Shown here piece by piece: positions 38,056-47,507 of a stretch of 64,000 nucleotides of DNA (positions are counted from its first letter, which is position 1; each line of letters begins with the position of its first letter). The translations under genes and the position numbers were made by a program. The stretch covers positions 14,155-78,154 of the forward strand of contig CAYWCR010000007.1 in assembly GCA_964456825.1 (NCBI GenBank). Reading direction: 5' to 3'. This DNA is from an uncultured Bacteroidales bacterium. Lineage in GTDB: Bacteria > Bacteroidota > Bacteroidia > Bacteroidales > UBA10428. Below the pieces are notes generated by a model, which had not been told where the DNA came from, did no database searches, and worked only from the letters and a program-made list of their open reading frames with translations.

Positions 38056-38406
38056 ATGAATGCCCGTTCAATCCTTGGCAAAAAGGGTGAGGATATAGCC
38101 GTTCAATACCTGTTGAAAAAAGGCTATATCCTGGTGGAAAGAAACTGGCGGTTTCACCATAAAGAGGTGGATATCATTGCCAGGGACGGCCCGGACCTGG
38201 TTTTCATTGAGGTTAAAACCCGCAGCAGTGAATGGTTTGGAGCTCCCGAAGAGGCAGTTGATTACAGAAAACAGCAATTCCTGTCGCTTGCCGCCCAGGC
38301 ATTTGTCGCCTTCAGAAAACTTGATATCAATATCCGTTTCGACGTAATTTCCATCATTTTAAGGCAGGGCTACCAGTCCGTTGACCACATTAAGGATGTA
38401 TTCTGA
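38056..38406 (+). CDS. yraN: YraN-family (UPF0102) endonuclease-fold protein
   Basis: GEDIAVQYLLKKGYILVERNWR...EVDIIARDGPDLVFIEVKTR is the classic YraN core. Confidence 0.85.
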   Translation: MNARSILGKKGEDIAVQYLLKKGYILVERNWRFHHKEVDIIARDGPDLVFIEVKTRSSEWFGAPEEAVDYRKQQFLSLAAQAFVAFRKLDINIRFDVISIILRQGYQSVDHIKDVF

Positions 38407-38460
38407 ATTTGCCGGCCGGTTCATGTGTTAAGTTCAGATGCGTGTGCTATCTTTGAGGAC

Positions 38461-38629
38461 AGTATTTATTGATTTGTTGACCTGCTTGCCAGGCAGGTTT
38501 GTTGATTTATTGATTTGGAGTTTAGCGGTTTAGCTGTTTAGCAATTTAGGGCTTGGCTATTTAGGAATTTAGCATTTGACTAATCTGTAAATCTTGATTC
38601 TTGATTCTTGCATTACTCGTCGCTCGTCA
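38461..38629 (+). repeat. ~170-bp intergenic array of 8-mer then 7-mer periodic units, interrupted by a decayed palindrome (38480-38498)
   Basis: Units run TTGATTTG, TTGA[ACCTGCTTGCCAGGCAGGT]TTTG, TTGATTTA, TTGATTTG, GAGTTTAG, CGGTTTAG, CTGTTTAG, CAATTTAG, GGCTTGGC, TATTTAG, GAATTTAG, CATTTGAC. These are followed by CTTGATT x2 plus CTTGCAT, and then CTCGTCG CTCGTCA. Confidence 0.85.
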
Positions 38630-38649
38630 CCTGCCTGCCGGCAGGCAGG
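38630..38649. repeat. Perfect 20-bp GC-rich palindrome, copy 3
   Basis: CCTGCCTGCC|GGCAGGCAGG, 27 nt upstream of the ATG at 38676. Confidence 0.9.
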
Positions 38650-38675
38650 CTTGTCACTATCTTGGTTCTTTCCCC

Positions 38676-39032
38676 ATGGACATCGAAAATTTACGTGAAT
38701 ATTGTCTTTCAAAAAAATGGGCCACTGAAAGTTTTCCTTTCGGTGATGATACCCTCGTCTTTAAGGTCATGGGCCGCATGTTTGCTCTTGTTAACCTTGA
38801 CGGAGAACCTTCGGTAAACCTGAAATGCGACCCTGAGAAAGCCATTGCACTGCGGGAGGCTTATACTTCCATCCTGCCCGGGTATCACATGAATAAAAAA
38901 CATTGGAATACCGTGCAGCTGAATGGTTCTTTACCGGAAAAGCTGATCAGGGAGATGATTACAGATTCTTACCGGCTGGTTGTTGCAGGGCTGACAATGA
39001 AATTAAAAAATGAATTAAAACAATTGCTATAA
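38676..39032 (+). CDS. MmcQ/YjbR-family protein
   Basis: Contains LREYCLSKKWATESFPFGDDTLVFKV and PGYHMNKKHWNTV. Start set at ATG 38676; the track ORF start 38601 would translate the palindrome. Confidence 0.8.
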   Translation: MDIENLREYCLSKKWATESFPFGDDTLVFKVMGRMFALVNLDGEPSVNLKCDPEKAIALREAYTSILPGYHMNKKHWNTVQLNGSLPEKLIREMITDSYRLVVAGLTMKLKNELKQLL

Positions 39033-39650
39033 ATGATAAACGATCAAAATACTGAAAAAGCCATGAATAAATCCAGACTTCTCATGAAAAAGATCTTCCG
39101 TTTCTTCCTTCAGGGCATGTTGCTGGTCGCTCCTGCCGGTATCACCATTTTTATCCTCTATTGGATATTCAATAAAATCGACGGCCCGGTGCGCAGTTAT
39201 TTCAATGCAATCTTCAACATCAATATTCCCGGTATCGGACTGGTCATCACCTTTACCGTCATAGCCCTGCTGGGCTGGATCGGCCAGTCAATTTTATTCG
39301 AGCCCATCGGCAGGTTTGTCAATAAAATATTTGAAAAGGCGCCCATCGTCAAGATGCTCTATTCTGCGCTCACCGATTTCTTCAATGCTTTCGTGGGAGA
39401 AAAGAAAAAATTCACGCGTCCTGTGCTGGTGAAGGTGAACATGGTATCGGAACTCCATAAAGTTGGCTTCATCACTGCCGATGATCTGTCAGACCTGGGG
39501 TTAAAGGACATGGTAGCCGTGCTCTTCCCCCACTCCTACAACTGGTCGGGTGAGATGTTTATCGTTCCCAAGGAGCACATTACCCCGATCAACCTGCCTC
39601 CCGGTGAAGTCATGAAATTTGCCCTGACAGGAGGGGTGACAAGGGTGTAG
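39033..39650 (+). CDS. DUF502-family membrane protein
   Basis: Two TM helices (LLVAPAGITIFILYWIF, IPGIGLVITFTVIALLGW) are followed by the conserved soluble tail of DUF502 proteins. Confidence 0.7.
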   Translation: MINDQNTEKAMNKSRLLMKKIFRFFLQGMLLVAPAGITIFILYWIFNKIDGPVRSYFNAIFNINIPGIGLVITFTVIALLGWIGQSILFEPIGRFVNKIFEKAPIVKMLYSALTDFFNAFVGEKKKFTRPVLVKVNMVSELHKVGFITADDLSDLGLKDMVAVLFPHSYNWSGEMFIVPKEHITPINLPPGEVMKFALTGGVTRV

Positions 39651-39698
39651 CACCGGAATTTTTTTCCCCTGATCCAATGACCTTTTAATCTACTGATC

Positions 39699-41225
39699 AT
39701 GTGGAACATTTTATTAAACAGCTTCAGCAAAATTAGATTTTTAACCTTCATTTTTTGCCTGATCATGACAAGGACAAGCTTTGCACAGAATATATCAATG
39801 GGAATATTTGATAACCATGCAGATATAGGAAATGTCCATCAACAGGGTGCGGCCGTTTTTGATCCTGAAGACCAGGAATATCTGATTGCGGGTTCCGGGA
39901 AAAATATATGGTTCGACCGTGATGAGTTCCACTTTTTGTGGAAAAAAATAAAAGGGGATTTTATCCTTACAGCCCATGTTGAATTCCTGGGTAAAGGTGT
40001 TGACCCGCACCGGAAGATCGGATGGATGATACGGAAAAGCCCGGATACCTGTTCAGCCCATGTCAGTGCCGTTGTTCATGGTGACGGACTGACCTCGCTG
40101 CAATATCGCAAAACCAATGGAGGCCCTACGGAGGAAATACGGTCGGCAGCTGCCGGACCTGTTGTTGTTCAGCTGGAGAGGAAAGGGAGTATTTATATCA
40201 TGTCGGTTGCCGCTTTTGGAGAGCCTTTTATAACCACGCAGATAACCGGTGATTTCCTTCCTGACGAAGTGTTTGCCGGACTGTTTGTATGTTCCCATAA
40301 TGCAGAAGTGCTGGAAAAAGCTGTTTTCCGTAATGTACGGATCACCCTGCCTGCACCGGAAGGATTTGTACCTTACCGCGACTATATCGGCAGCAACCTG
40401 GAAATACTGGATATCGAAAGCGGATGGCGGAAAATCATTTTCAGCACCCCGGATGCCATACAGGCGCCAAACTGGACAACGGACGGAAAAAGCATTATTT
40501 ACAATGCCGGCGGCCTGCTGTACCGTTACGAACTGGAGGCAGACACGGCAGCCGTTATCAACACAGGCTTTGCCACCGCCAACAATAATGATCATGTGCT
40601 GTCCTTTGACGGGAAGATGATCGGGATCAGCCACCACAGCAAAAAAGATAACGATCAATCCATCATTTATGTATTACCCGTGGAAGGCAGTGCTAAACCA
40701 AAGCGCATAACAAAACTGGGGCCTTCCTACCTCCATGGCTGGTCATCCGATGGCAAATACCTGTTGTTCACCGGCGCCAGAAACGATCAATACGACATCT
40801 ATCAAATACCCATAAAGCAGAAAAAGGAGATCCGGCTGACGGATGCCCGGGGGCTTGATGACGGCTCGGAATACAGTCCCGACGGCCAATTCATATATTT
40901 CAACTCAAACCGCACCGGGATGATGCAGATCTGGCGCATGAAACCCGATGGAAGCCAACAGGAACAGATAACTGCTGACGGATATAACGACTGGTTTCCC
41001 CATATATCACCGGACGGAAAATGGATCATATTCCTGTCATACAGTAAGGAAGTTGATCCCGGCCAACATCCTTATTACAAACCGGTATACCTGCGGTTGA
41101 TGCCTGCAGGCGGCGGAAAGCCCAGGATCATTGCCTACCTTTACGGAGGTCAGGGGACCATCAATGTGCCCAGCTGGTCGCCGGACAGCAGGAGGGTGGC
41201 GTTTGTAAGCAATAGCAGGGAGTGA
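39699..41225 (+). CDS. Secreted TolB-like beta-propeller (PD40 repeats) protein with N-terminal jelly-roll-like domain
   Basis: Signal peptide. The C-terminal ~280 aa carry repeated PD40-type motifs (WTTDGKSIIYN, WSSDGKYLLF, YSPDGQFIYFNS, ISPDGKWIIF, WSPDSRRVAFVS). Confidence 0.65.
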   Translation: MWNILLNSFSKIRFLTFIFCLIMTRTSFAQNISMGIFDNHADIGNVHQQGAAVFDPEDQEYLIAGSGKNIWFDRDEFHFLWKKIKGDFILTAHVEFLGKGVDPHRKIGWMIRKSPDTCSAHVSAVVHGDGLTSLQYRKTNGGPTEEIRSAAAGPVVVQLERKGSIYIMSVAAFGEPFITTQITGDFLPDEVFAGLFVCSHNAEVLEKAVFRNVRITLPAPEGFVPYRDYIGSNLEILDIESGWRKIIFSTPDAIQAPNWTTDGKSIIYNAGGLLYRYELEADTAAVINTGFATANNNDHVLSFDGKMIGISHHSKKDNDQSIIYVLPVEGSAKPKRITKLGPSYLHGWSSDGKYLLFTGARNDQYDIYQIPIKQKKEIRLTDARGLDDGSEYSPDGQFIYFNSNRTGMMQIWRMKPDGSQQEQITADGYNDWFPHISPDGKWIIFLSYSKEVDPGQHPYYKPVYLRLMPAGGGKPRIIAYLYGGQGTINVPSWSPDSRRVAFVSNSRE

Positions 41226-41245
41226 AAGAAGGGGCAGGAGAAGAA

Positions 41246-41280
41246 GGTAAGCGGTGATCGGTAATGGGTAATCGGTGATT
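41246..41280 (+). repeat. Heptamer tract GGTRAnn x5
   Basis: GGTAAGC GGTGATC GGTAATG GGTAATC GGTGATT, 20 nt after the stop codon of the TolB-like gene. Confidence 0.85.
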
Positions 41281-41411
41281 ATGGAAATTGAGTTTCATAA
41301 TACTTAAATGAAATATTGCTGAAAACGCTGCCAGTAAAAACAAAATCAATCTCAATAACAAATTTACAATGAAATAAACAAGACGATCTACGGTGGGCTT
41401 TGGATTTTTTT

Positions 41412-41780
41412 TTACTGCAGTTCTTCCATTATGGCCGTTTCGATCTCATTCATACTGAAAGGCTTTCTGAAATATTTCTGTATGAGCTTTTCCCTCAGCG
41501 CAAATAATATTTCGTCGTTGATGTCAAATCCGGTAAGTATAAAACAAATGATGCCGGGTGAATGCTCTTTTGCTTTCTGGATGAATTCAATCCCATTCAT
41601 ACCGGGCATCTTCATGTCGCTGATAATGACCGATACATTGGGATCGGATCTGAGTATCTCAAGCCCGTCACTACCCGATTCAGCAGTCTTAACATCAAAC
41701 TTATGTTTGAAATTGAATGCAAAAAGCTGCAGGTTCAGCGGCTCATCGTCTACATATAACAATGTTGCGGGATTGTTCAT
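41412..41780 (-). CDS. Single-domain response regulator (CheY-like receiver)
   Basis: Contains LLYVDDEP, the phospho-acceptor region VIISDMKMPGMNG, and K in FRKPF. There is no output domain. Confidence 0.85.
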   Translation of the reverse strand: MNNPATLLYVDDEPLNLQLFAFNFKHKFDVKTAESGSDGLEILRSDPNVSVIISDMKMPGMNGIEFIQKAKEHSPGIICFILTGFDINDEILFALREKLIQKYFRKPFSMNEIETAIMEELQ

Positions 41781-41888
41781 ATTCGGTCGCTATTCAATTT
41801 TTCATATCTTAATAAAGATACAAAAAAAAATTAAACAACCATTATCCGGAACTGATCTGCAATTTTTTTAACGGTGTATGATAATACC

Positions 41889-42815
41889 TCAGAACAATCC
41901 TTCCACCGACAGGTACCGTTCGCCGGTGTCATAATTAAATGCCAGTATCCTGGAGCCGTTTGGGATATCTGGAAGTTTTTTGGCCACTGCCGCCAATGCA
42001 GCACCCGAAGAAATCCCGACAAAGATTCCTTCTTCTTTTGCAATCCTTTGTGCATAAGCAAAAGCCTCTTCTTTTGAGACTTTTATTACGCCGTCAAGGA
42101 CTTCCATGTGAAGATTTTTGGGAATAAAGCCCGCCCCGATGCCCTGCAGCGGATGAGGGCCGGGCTGTCCGCCACTGATGACCGGTGACAGTTCGGGTTC
42201 CACGGCAAATACCCTTAGTTTCGGGAATTCAGGCTTAAGTACTTCCGCAATCCCCGTGATATGACCACCGGTACCCACACCGGTAATCAGGTAATCAATC
42301 CCTTCGGGAAAGTCATTCAGGATCTCCCGGGCCGTGGTGTCGCGGTGAACTTCAATATTGGCTTCATTGTCAAACTGATTGGGAACCCAGGCATTCGGAT
42401 CGGATGCAGCAATTTCATGCGCTTTTTCAATGGCTCCTTTCATTCCCTTTTCACGGGGTGTGAGGGCAAATTCAGCGCCATAGGCGGCCATGATCTTTCG
42501 CCGTTCCACTGAGAATGATTCGGGCATTACCAGGATGAGCCTGTATTTCTTTACGGCTGCCACCATGGCCAATCCGATACCGGTATTGCCTGAAGTAGGC
42601 TCCACGATCACCGAACCGGGTTTCAGGATACCTTTCTTTTCAGCATCCCCGATCATTGACAGGGCAATGCGGTCTTTGATGCTCCCGCCGGGGTTGAACC
42701 TTTCCAGTTTTAACCAGACTTCATGGGTTGGGGGAAACAGGTGGTTGATCCTTACGTGAGGAGTATTGCCGATGGTCTCCAGGATATTCGCTGCTTTCAT
42801 AGGATTAAATGACAA
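41889..42815 (-). CDS. cysK: Cysteine synthase A (O-acetylserine sulfhydrylase)
   Basis: PLP-lysine region NPGGSIKDR and [11 protein letters not shown]. Length 308 aa. Confidence 0.9.
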   Translation of the reverse strand: MSFNPMKAANILETIGNTPHVRINHLFPPTHEVWLKLERFNPGGSIKDRIALSMIGDAEKKGILKPGSVIVEPTSGNTGIGLAMVAAVKKYRLILVMPESFSVERRKIMAAYGAEFALTPREKGMKGAIEKAHEIAASDPNAWVPNQFDNEANIEVHRDTTAREILNDFPEGIDYLITGVGTGGHITGIAEVLKPEFPKLRVFAVEPELSPVISGGQPGPHPLQGIGAGFIPKNLHMEVLDGVIKVSKEEAFAYAQRIAKEEGIFVGISSGAALAAVAKKLPDIPNGSRILAFNYDTGERYLSVEGLF

Positions 42816-43644
42816 AATTAATGGGTTCCTTGAAATTCTTGCTGTCTCTTATAATGACCTGGCTTTCGTGATAAACCACGGAATTGGCGGCAACGCTTTT
42901 GGTAAGCCAGACATTGCCACCTACCACCGTATCATGTCCTATCACCGTATCACCTCCCAGGATGGTGCTGCCCGAATACACAATGACATTGTCCTCGAGG
43001 GTAGGATGCCTTTTCTTGCCTTTCATACTTTTAGCCACGCTCAGGGCACCCAATGTCACTCCCTGGTAGATTTTAACATTATTGCCGATGATGGTGGTCT
43101 CACCGATCACAATACCGGTACCATGGTCGATGAAGAAATGACTGCCGATATCAGCTCCGGGATGAATGTCAATGCCCGTTTTGCTGTGCGCATATTCGGA
43201 GATCATGCGCGGCAGATAGGGTATCTTCAGCTTAAAGAGTTCGTGCGAAAGACGGTAAACCGATATGGCGTAAAATCCGGGATAATACAAAATAACACTT
43301 TCCACCGACCGGGCAGCAGGATCAAAATCAACAAACAGCTTTGCATCCTGCACCAGGCTTTCATATATGGAAGGGACGATAGCAAAAAACTTTTGCGTCA
43401 GGATATTGGGAGATTCTTCCAGCACTGGCTCCAGCGGGGTGAGAATATCCCGCAGATCAATCTGTAACTGGGCCATATTGAGTTCAATATGGGGCAGCGT
43501 ACATTTTTTGTCAATTTTAAACGGGAACAGGAAATAGGTCATATTATCGATAAACCTGTGGGCTTTGGTCATGGACGGAACTTCCTTCCTGAAATTGTTG
43601 TATTGCTGTAACAGGTATTCCGGGAAATTTTCAATGCTTATCAT
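42805..43644 (-). CDS. cysE: Serine O-acetyltransferase
   Basis: Hexapeptide core [25 protein letters not shown]. It overlaps cysK by 11 nt, consistent with translational coupling. Confidence 0.85.
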   Translation of the reverse strand: MISIENFPEYLLQQYNNFRKEVPSMTKAHRFIDNMTYFLFPFKIDKKCTLPHIELNMAQLQIDLRDILTPLEPVLEESPNILTQKFFAIVPSIYESLVQDAKLFVDFDPAARSVESVILYYPGFYAISVYRLSHELFKLKIPYLPRMISEYAHSKTGIDIHPGADIGSHFFIDHGTGIVIGETTIIGNNVKIYQGVTLGALSVAKSMKGKKRHPTLEDNVIVYSGSTILGGDTVIGHDTVVGGNVWLTKSVAANSVVYHESQVIIRDSKNFKEPINFVI

Positions 43645-43664
43645 GGATGATTTAATAGAAGTGA

Positions 43665-43672
43665 CAAAATTA
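43665..43672 (-). promoter_or_regulatory. Candidate -7 promoter box for cysE (TAATTTTG on minus strand)
   Basis: Plus strand CAAAATTA, 20 nt upstream of the cysE ATG. Confidence 0.4.
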
Positions 43673-43697
43673 GTATCATTTAGGATATTTTCCTCTT

Positions 43698-44519
43698 TTA
43701 TTCCCTGTCCGGGGGTGACTTTTTTTCCATCAGGTGTTCAAGTTTTGTATAGGAAGTGATCAATCCCCTTATCACGGCCGAGCTCAGGCCCTGGTGTTCC
43801 ATCTCATTCAGTCCTGAAATGGTTATGCCCTGGGGCGTGGTTACCTTGTCGATCTCACGTTCGGGATGATTGTTGGTCTCCAGGATCAGCCTGGCGGCAC
43901 CTTTGACCGTCTGGGCGGTGATGAGCTGGGACATCTCGGAATTAAAGCCTATTTCAATGCCGCCCTGGGACATGGCCCGCATGAAACGCAGGGCAAAAGC
44001 TATACCGCAGGCACCGACGACGGTTGCCGCGGCCATCATGTCTTCGGATATCTCCAGGGTATTTCCCATTTTGTTGAACATCGATAGTATCGTCTCCTGC
44101 TGATCGGTATGGGCGTTTTTGGATGCAATGCAGGTCATCGATTCACAGATCGCCAGGGCGGTATTGGGCATGATCCTGAAGATGGGCACCTTTCCCAGCT
44201 CCGATTCGATTTCCTTCAGGGTAACTCCGGTGATGGTGGATAATACAATGTGTTGAGGCCGGATGTGGTCTTTTATCTCCTGCGCCAGGCTTTCAAACTG
44301 CTGGGGTTTAATGGACATCACGATAACCTGTGCCTGCTTTACTGCCTCGGCATTATTATCGGTCACCGTGAAGCCTTTTTCCGTGAGATAGGTTATCCGG
44401 TGTCCCCGCTTATCCGTCAGTATCATATCGGCGATGTGGTATTGCTTTGAGGCCAGCAATCCTTTGGCCAGTGAAGTACCCAGGTTACCGGCACCCAGGA
44501 TGGCGATCTTTTGATCCAT
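43698..44519 (-). CDS. proC: Pyrroline-5-carboxylate reductase
   Basis: ILGAGNLGTSLAKG Rossmann loop and the C-terminal P5CR dimerisation region (TPQGITISGL). Confidence 0.85.
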   Translation of the reverse strand: MDQKIAILGAGNLGTSLAKGLLASKQYHIADMILTDKRGHRITYLTEKGFTVTDNNAEAVKQAQVIVMSIKPQQFESLAQEIKDHIRPQHIVLSTITGVTLKEIESELGKVPIFRIMPNTALAICESMTCIASKNAHTDQQETILSMFNKMGNTLEISEDMMAAATVVGACGIAFALRFMRAMSQGGIEIGFNSEMSQLITAQTVKGAARLILETNNHPEREIDKVTTPQGITISGLNEMEHQGLSSAVIRGLITSYTKLEHLMEKKSPPDRE

Positions 44520-44637
44520 GGTATTTTCGTTTGTTTAAGGTGGCGCCGGAATATTCCGCAGCGTCAAATGGTAAAAGTAATACGCGAATAACAAATGAAC
44601 AACATATTTGGGATTTATTCACAGATCCGGAGAGCAA

Positions 44638-44663
44638 CTGCCTCCAGCCACTGCCTCCAGCCA
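44638..44663 (+). repeat. Tandem 13-mer x2
   Basis: CTGCCTCCAGCCA CTGCCTCCAGCCA, exact, in the pgk-proC intergenic region. Confidence 0.85.
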
Positions 44664-44683
44664 CTTCTTTTGCTTGTCCCTTT

Positions 44684-44725
44684 AAAAAAAAGCCCGGATA
44701 AGCATTATGTTCGGCTTAAACGGGC
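44684..44725 (-). terminator. Rho-independent terminator after pgk
   Basis: The minus strand has GCCCG...CGGGC stem arms with a long loop, followed by TTTTTTTT. Confidence 0.6.
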
Positions 44726-44749
44726 TTTTAACGAAAATGATGGCAGGAA

Positions 44750-46012
44750 CTATCCGCGGATTGTCTTGATACCCGGCAGTTCCTTGCCTTCCATGTATTC
44801 GAGCATGGCGCCGCCACCAGTGGAAACATAGCTTACCTTATCGGCCAGCTTGTTCTTGTTGATGGCTGCCACCGAATCACCGCCGCCGATGAGGCTGAAA
44901 GCGCCTTTTGCCGTTGCACGGGCAATAGCCTGGGCAATGGCTGAGGTGCCTTTGGCAAATTTGTCCATCTCAAAAACACCCATCGGTCCGTTCCACAGGA
45001 TGGTCTTTGAATTTTCAATGACTGTACTGAAATTCTTAATGGTCTCTTCACCGATATCGAGTCCCATCCAGCCATCGGGTGTCTGATCGATCTTTGACAC
45101 ACCGGTATTTGCATTGGCATCAAAAGCATCGGCATTGATAGCATCCACCGGAAGGTAAACATTCACTCCTTTTTCCTTTGCCTTTTTCAGTATTTCAAGG
45201 GCCAGATCAAGCTTATCTTCTTCACACAATGATTTCCCTATTTTTCCTCCCTGAGCCTTGATGAAGGTATAGGTCATACCTCCGCCAATGATGAGGTTTT
45301 GAACTCGGTTCAGCAGATTTTCAATGATCATTATTTTATCGGATACTTTTGCTCCGCCCATGATAGCCGTGAAAGGCTTTTCGGAAGCCTGCAATACCTT
45401 ATCCATAGCCTTCAGCTCGCTTTCAATGAGGAAACCGAACATGCTGTTTTCGGGAAAATGGGCAGCGATCAGAGCCGTTGAGGCATGTGCCCGGTGAGCC
45501 GTACCAAAGGCATCATTTACATAACAGTCGGCATAGCCGGCCAGTTGATTCACAAAGTTTTTCTGGCTTTCCTTCACTTTGGCTTTGGCAGCCTTCTTCT
45601 GTTCTTCACTGGCGTCTTCGGCAAGGGAATATGGCTTGCCTTCCTCTTCCTCATAAAAGCGAAGGTTTTCCAGCAGCATGACTTCGCCGGGTTTCAGCTC
45701 TGCAGCCATCTTTTTAGCCGTTTCCCCCATGCAGTCGCCTGCGAATTTCACGGGTTTACCTGTTACTTTTTCAACGGCGGATACGACATGTTTTAGTGAA
45801 TACTTATCCTGTACCTTGCCATCAGGCCTTCCCAGATGTGACATCAGGATGGCTGAACCACCATCAGCTAGGATCTTTTTAATGGTTGGAAGGGCTCCCC
45901 TGATGCGGGTATCATCGGTTACTTCAAATGTCTGCTTGTTGAGCGGCACGTTGAAATCCACACGGACGATGGCCCGCTTCCCTTTAAAGCTGTATTTATC
46001 GATTGTTTGCAT
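44750..46012 (-). CDS. pgk: Phosphoglycerate kinase
   Basis: Contains RVDFNVP and GGGDS..A. A 420-aa PGK with a small insertion. Confidence 0.95.
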   Translation of the reverse strand: MQTIDKYSFKGKRAIVRVDFNVPLNKQTFEVTDDTRIRGALPTIKKILADGGSAILMSHLGRPDGKVQDKYSLKHVVSAVEKVTGKPVKFAGDCMGETAKKMAAELKPGEVMLLENLRFYEEEEGKPYSLAEDASEEQKKAAKAKVKESQKNFVNQLAGYADCYVNDAFGTAHRAHASTALIAAHFPENSMFGFLIESELKAMDKVLQASEKPFTAIMGGAKVSDKIMIIENLLNRVQNLIIGGGMTYTFIKAQGGKIGKSLCEEDKLDLALEILKKAKEKGVNVYLPVDAINADAFDANANTGVSKIDQTPDGWMGLDIGEETIKNFSTVIENSKTILWNGPMGVFEMDKFAKGTSAIAQAIARATAKGAFSLIGGGDSVAAINKNKLADKVSYVSTGGGAMLEYMEGKELPGIKTIRG

Positions 46013-46040
46013 GTTAATAGAATTTTGTTTAATGGAGTAA

Positions 46041-46048
46041 CAAAGATA
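46041..46048 (-). promoter_or_regulatory. Candidate -7 promoter box for pgk (TATCTTTG on minus strand)
   Basis: Plus strand CAAAGATA, 28 nt upstream of the pgk ATG. Confidence 0.45.
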
Positions 46049-46078
46049 AAAAAGTTATTTTATTTACCTTTGATCCCT

Positions 46079-47206
46079 ATGTTTTTCAGTGAGATCATCG
46101 GCCAGGCAGCCTTGAAAAAGAGGCTCATGCAATCGGTAAAGGATGGCAGGATAAGCCATGCCCAGATGTTCTTCGGTCCCGAAGGTGCCGGCGCACTTCC
46201 CCTGGCCATTGCCTATGCGCAATACATTTCCTGCACCGGTGAAAAAAATGAGGAATCCTGCGGCAAATGCCCCAGCTGTCTCAAATACGGCAAGCTGGTC
46301 CATCCCGACCTGCACTTCCTTTTCCCGGTCAATACCACCAGTTCCAAGAAAGATGATCCTGCCTGTGATGATTTTCTGGCTGAATGGAGAAGCTTTATAT
46401 CACAGCAGCCCTATGCCCGGCTGAATGACTGGTATTCCTTTATCGAACTGGAGAACAAGCAGGGGCTGATCAAAGAAAAGGAAAGTGATGCCATTACAAA
46501 AAAGCTCTCTTTCAAGCCTTATGAATCGGATTATAAAATTGCTGTCATTTGGATGGCGGAGAAGATGCATGATGTGGCCTCGAACAAATTGCTGAAATTG
46601 CTGGAGGAACCGCCTGAGATGACGGTATTCCTGCTGATCACCGAAAATCCCGATATACTGCTTTCCACCATACGGTCGAGGTGCTTCCCGGTTAAAGTAC
46701 CCCTTATTGCCGATGAAGATCTGCAGGAGGCCCTGCAATCAAAGCATGGTATTGAAGAACCGAGGTCTGGCAGCATGGCCCGCCTGGCCATGGGCAATTA
46801 TGCCAGGGCCCTTGAGCTAATCAGTGATAACGAGGATGATGGCACGCCGTTGTCAACCTTTCGCGAATTCATGCTGGCGGGTTACAATAATAACTTTGAG
46901 TCGGGCCTTAAGACGATCGATGCATTGAATTCCCTCACCCGCGAAAAGCAAAAAGCCTTTCTCGAATATTCCCTCAGGCTGATCCGTGAAAATACCATGG
47001 TTCGTTTTAACGACAGCAGTCTGAATTATATGAACCAGGCCGAAGCGGAGTTCTCCGTGAAGTTTTCGAGGTTTATCCGGGGCAATAATATGGTTCAGCT
47101 GACAGAGGAATTCAACAAAGCAGCCTATGATATCGAACGCAACGGAAACAGCAAGATCATACTGCTTGATCTGTTACTGAAGGCGGGAAGGCTGTTAAGG
47201 CAATAA
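46079..47206 (+). CDS. holB: DNA polymerase III delta-prime subunit
   Basis: Contains HAQMFFGPEGAG, a zinc module CGKCPSC and an SRC-like RSRC. Start set at ATG 46079 (MFFSEIIGQ). Confidence 0.85.
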   Translation: MFFSEIIGQAALKKRLMQSVKDGRISHAQMFFGPEGAGALPLAIAYAQYISCTGEKNEESCGKCPSCLKYGKLVHPDLHFLFPVNTTSSKKDDPACDDFLAEWRSFISQQPYARLNDWYSFIELENKQGLIKEKESDAITKKLSFKPYESDYKIAVIWMAEKMHDVASNKLLKLLEEPPEMTVFLLITENPDILLSTIRSRCFPVKVPLIADEDLQEALQSKHGIEEPRSGSMARLAMGNYARALELISDNEDDGTPLSTFREFMLAGYNNNFESGLKTIDALNSLTREKQKAFLEYSLRLIRENTMVRFNDSSLNYMNQAEAEFSVKFSRFIRGNNMVQLTEEFNKAAYDIERNGNSKIILLDLLLKAGRLLRQ

Positions 47207-47406
47207 TTACAGGAACAACGGCAATCCTTGATGTCATTCCTTACGAAGCTGCTCAAATTAACAAGCTTACAAGAGATTATATGCGAAGATCTGGAACCTC
47301 CCCGCATTAGCAAAACTTCCATTATCCAAATCATTATCGTAAACTATTTTTTAATCTGGATTCCCCGGTGTTTTTCAATTCCCTGATCCCGTTTCATAAA
47401 AATAAT

Positions 47407-47414
47407 TAAATTTG
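47407..47414 (+). promoter_or_regulatory. Candidate -7 promoter box (TAAATTTG)
   Basis: TAnnTTTG match, but 93 nt upstream of the PSP1 ATG, which implies a long 5' UTR. Confidence 0.3.
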
Positions 47415-47507
47415 CATTTTTCCTGTCCGGCCGGATTGCACGAAAATCCTTACGATCAAGTGATTTAATGATTCTGAAGGACAGCGGGGCAGGTTATCTA
47501 TCAATAA

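Noticed and set aside
38518-38580. Possible CRISPR array (regularly spaced GTTTAG words), also at 26589-26627
   Set aside because: The period is only 8 nt with no spacers, the units are degenerate, and no cas genes are present. It is a micro-periodic tract, not a CRISPR.
42766-43467. 233-aa ORF antisense to cysE
   Set aside because: It lies entirely within cysE on the opposite strand. Hexapeptide-repeat genes commonly give long antisense frames.
46065-46072. TAnnTTTG matches at 46065-46072 (before holB) and 11262-11269 (before pyrE)
   Set aside because: They lie only 5-7 nt from the start codons, too close for a -7 box unless the mRNAs are leaderless. I did not list them as promoters.
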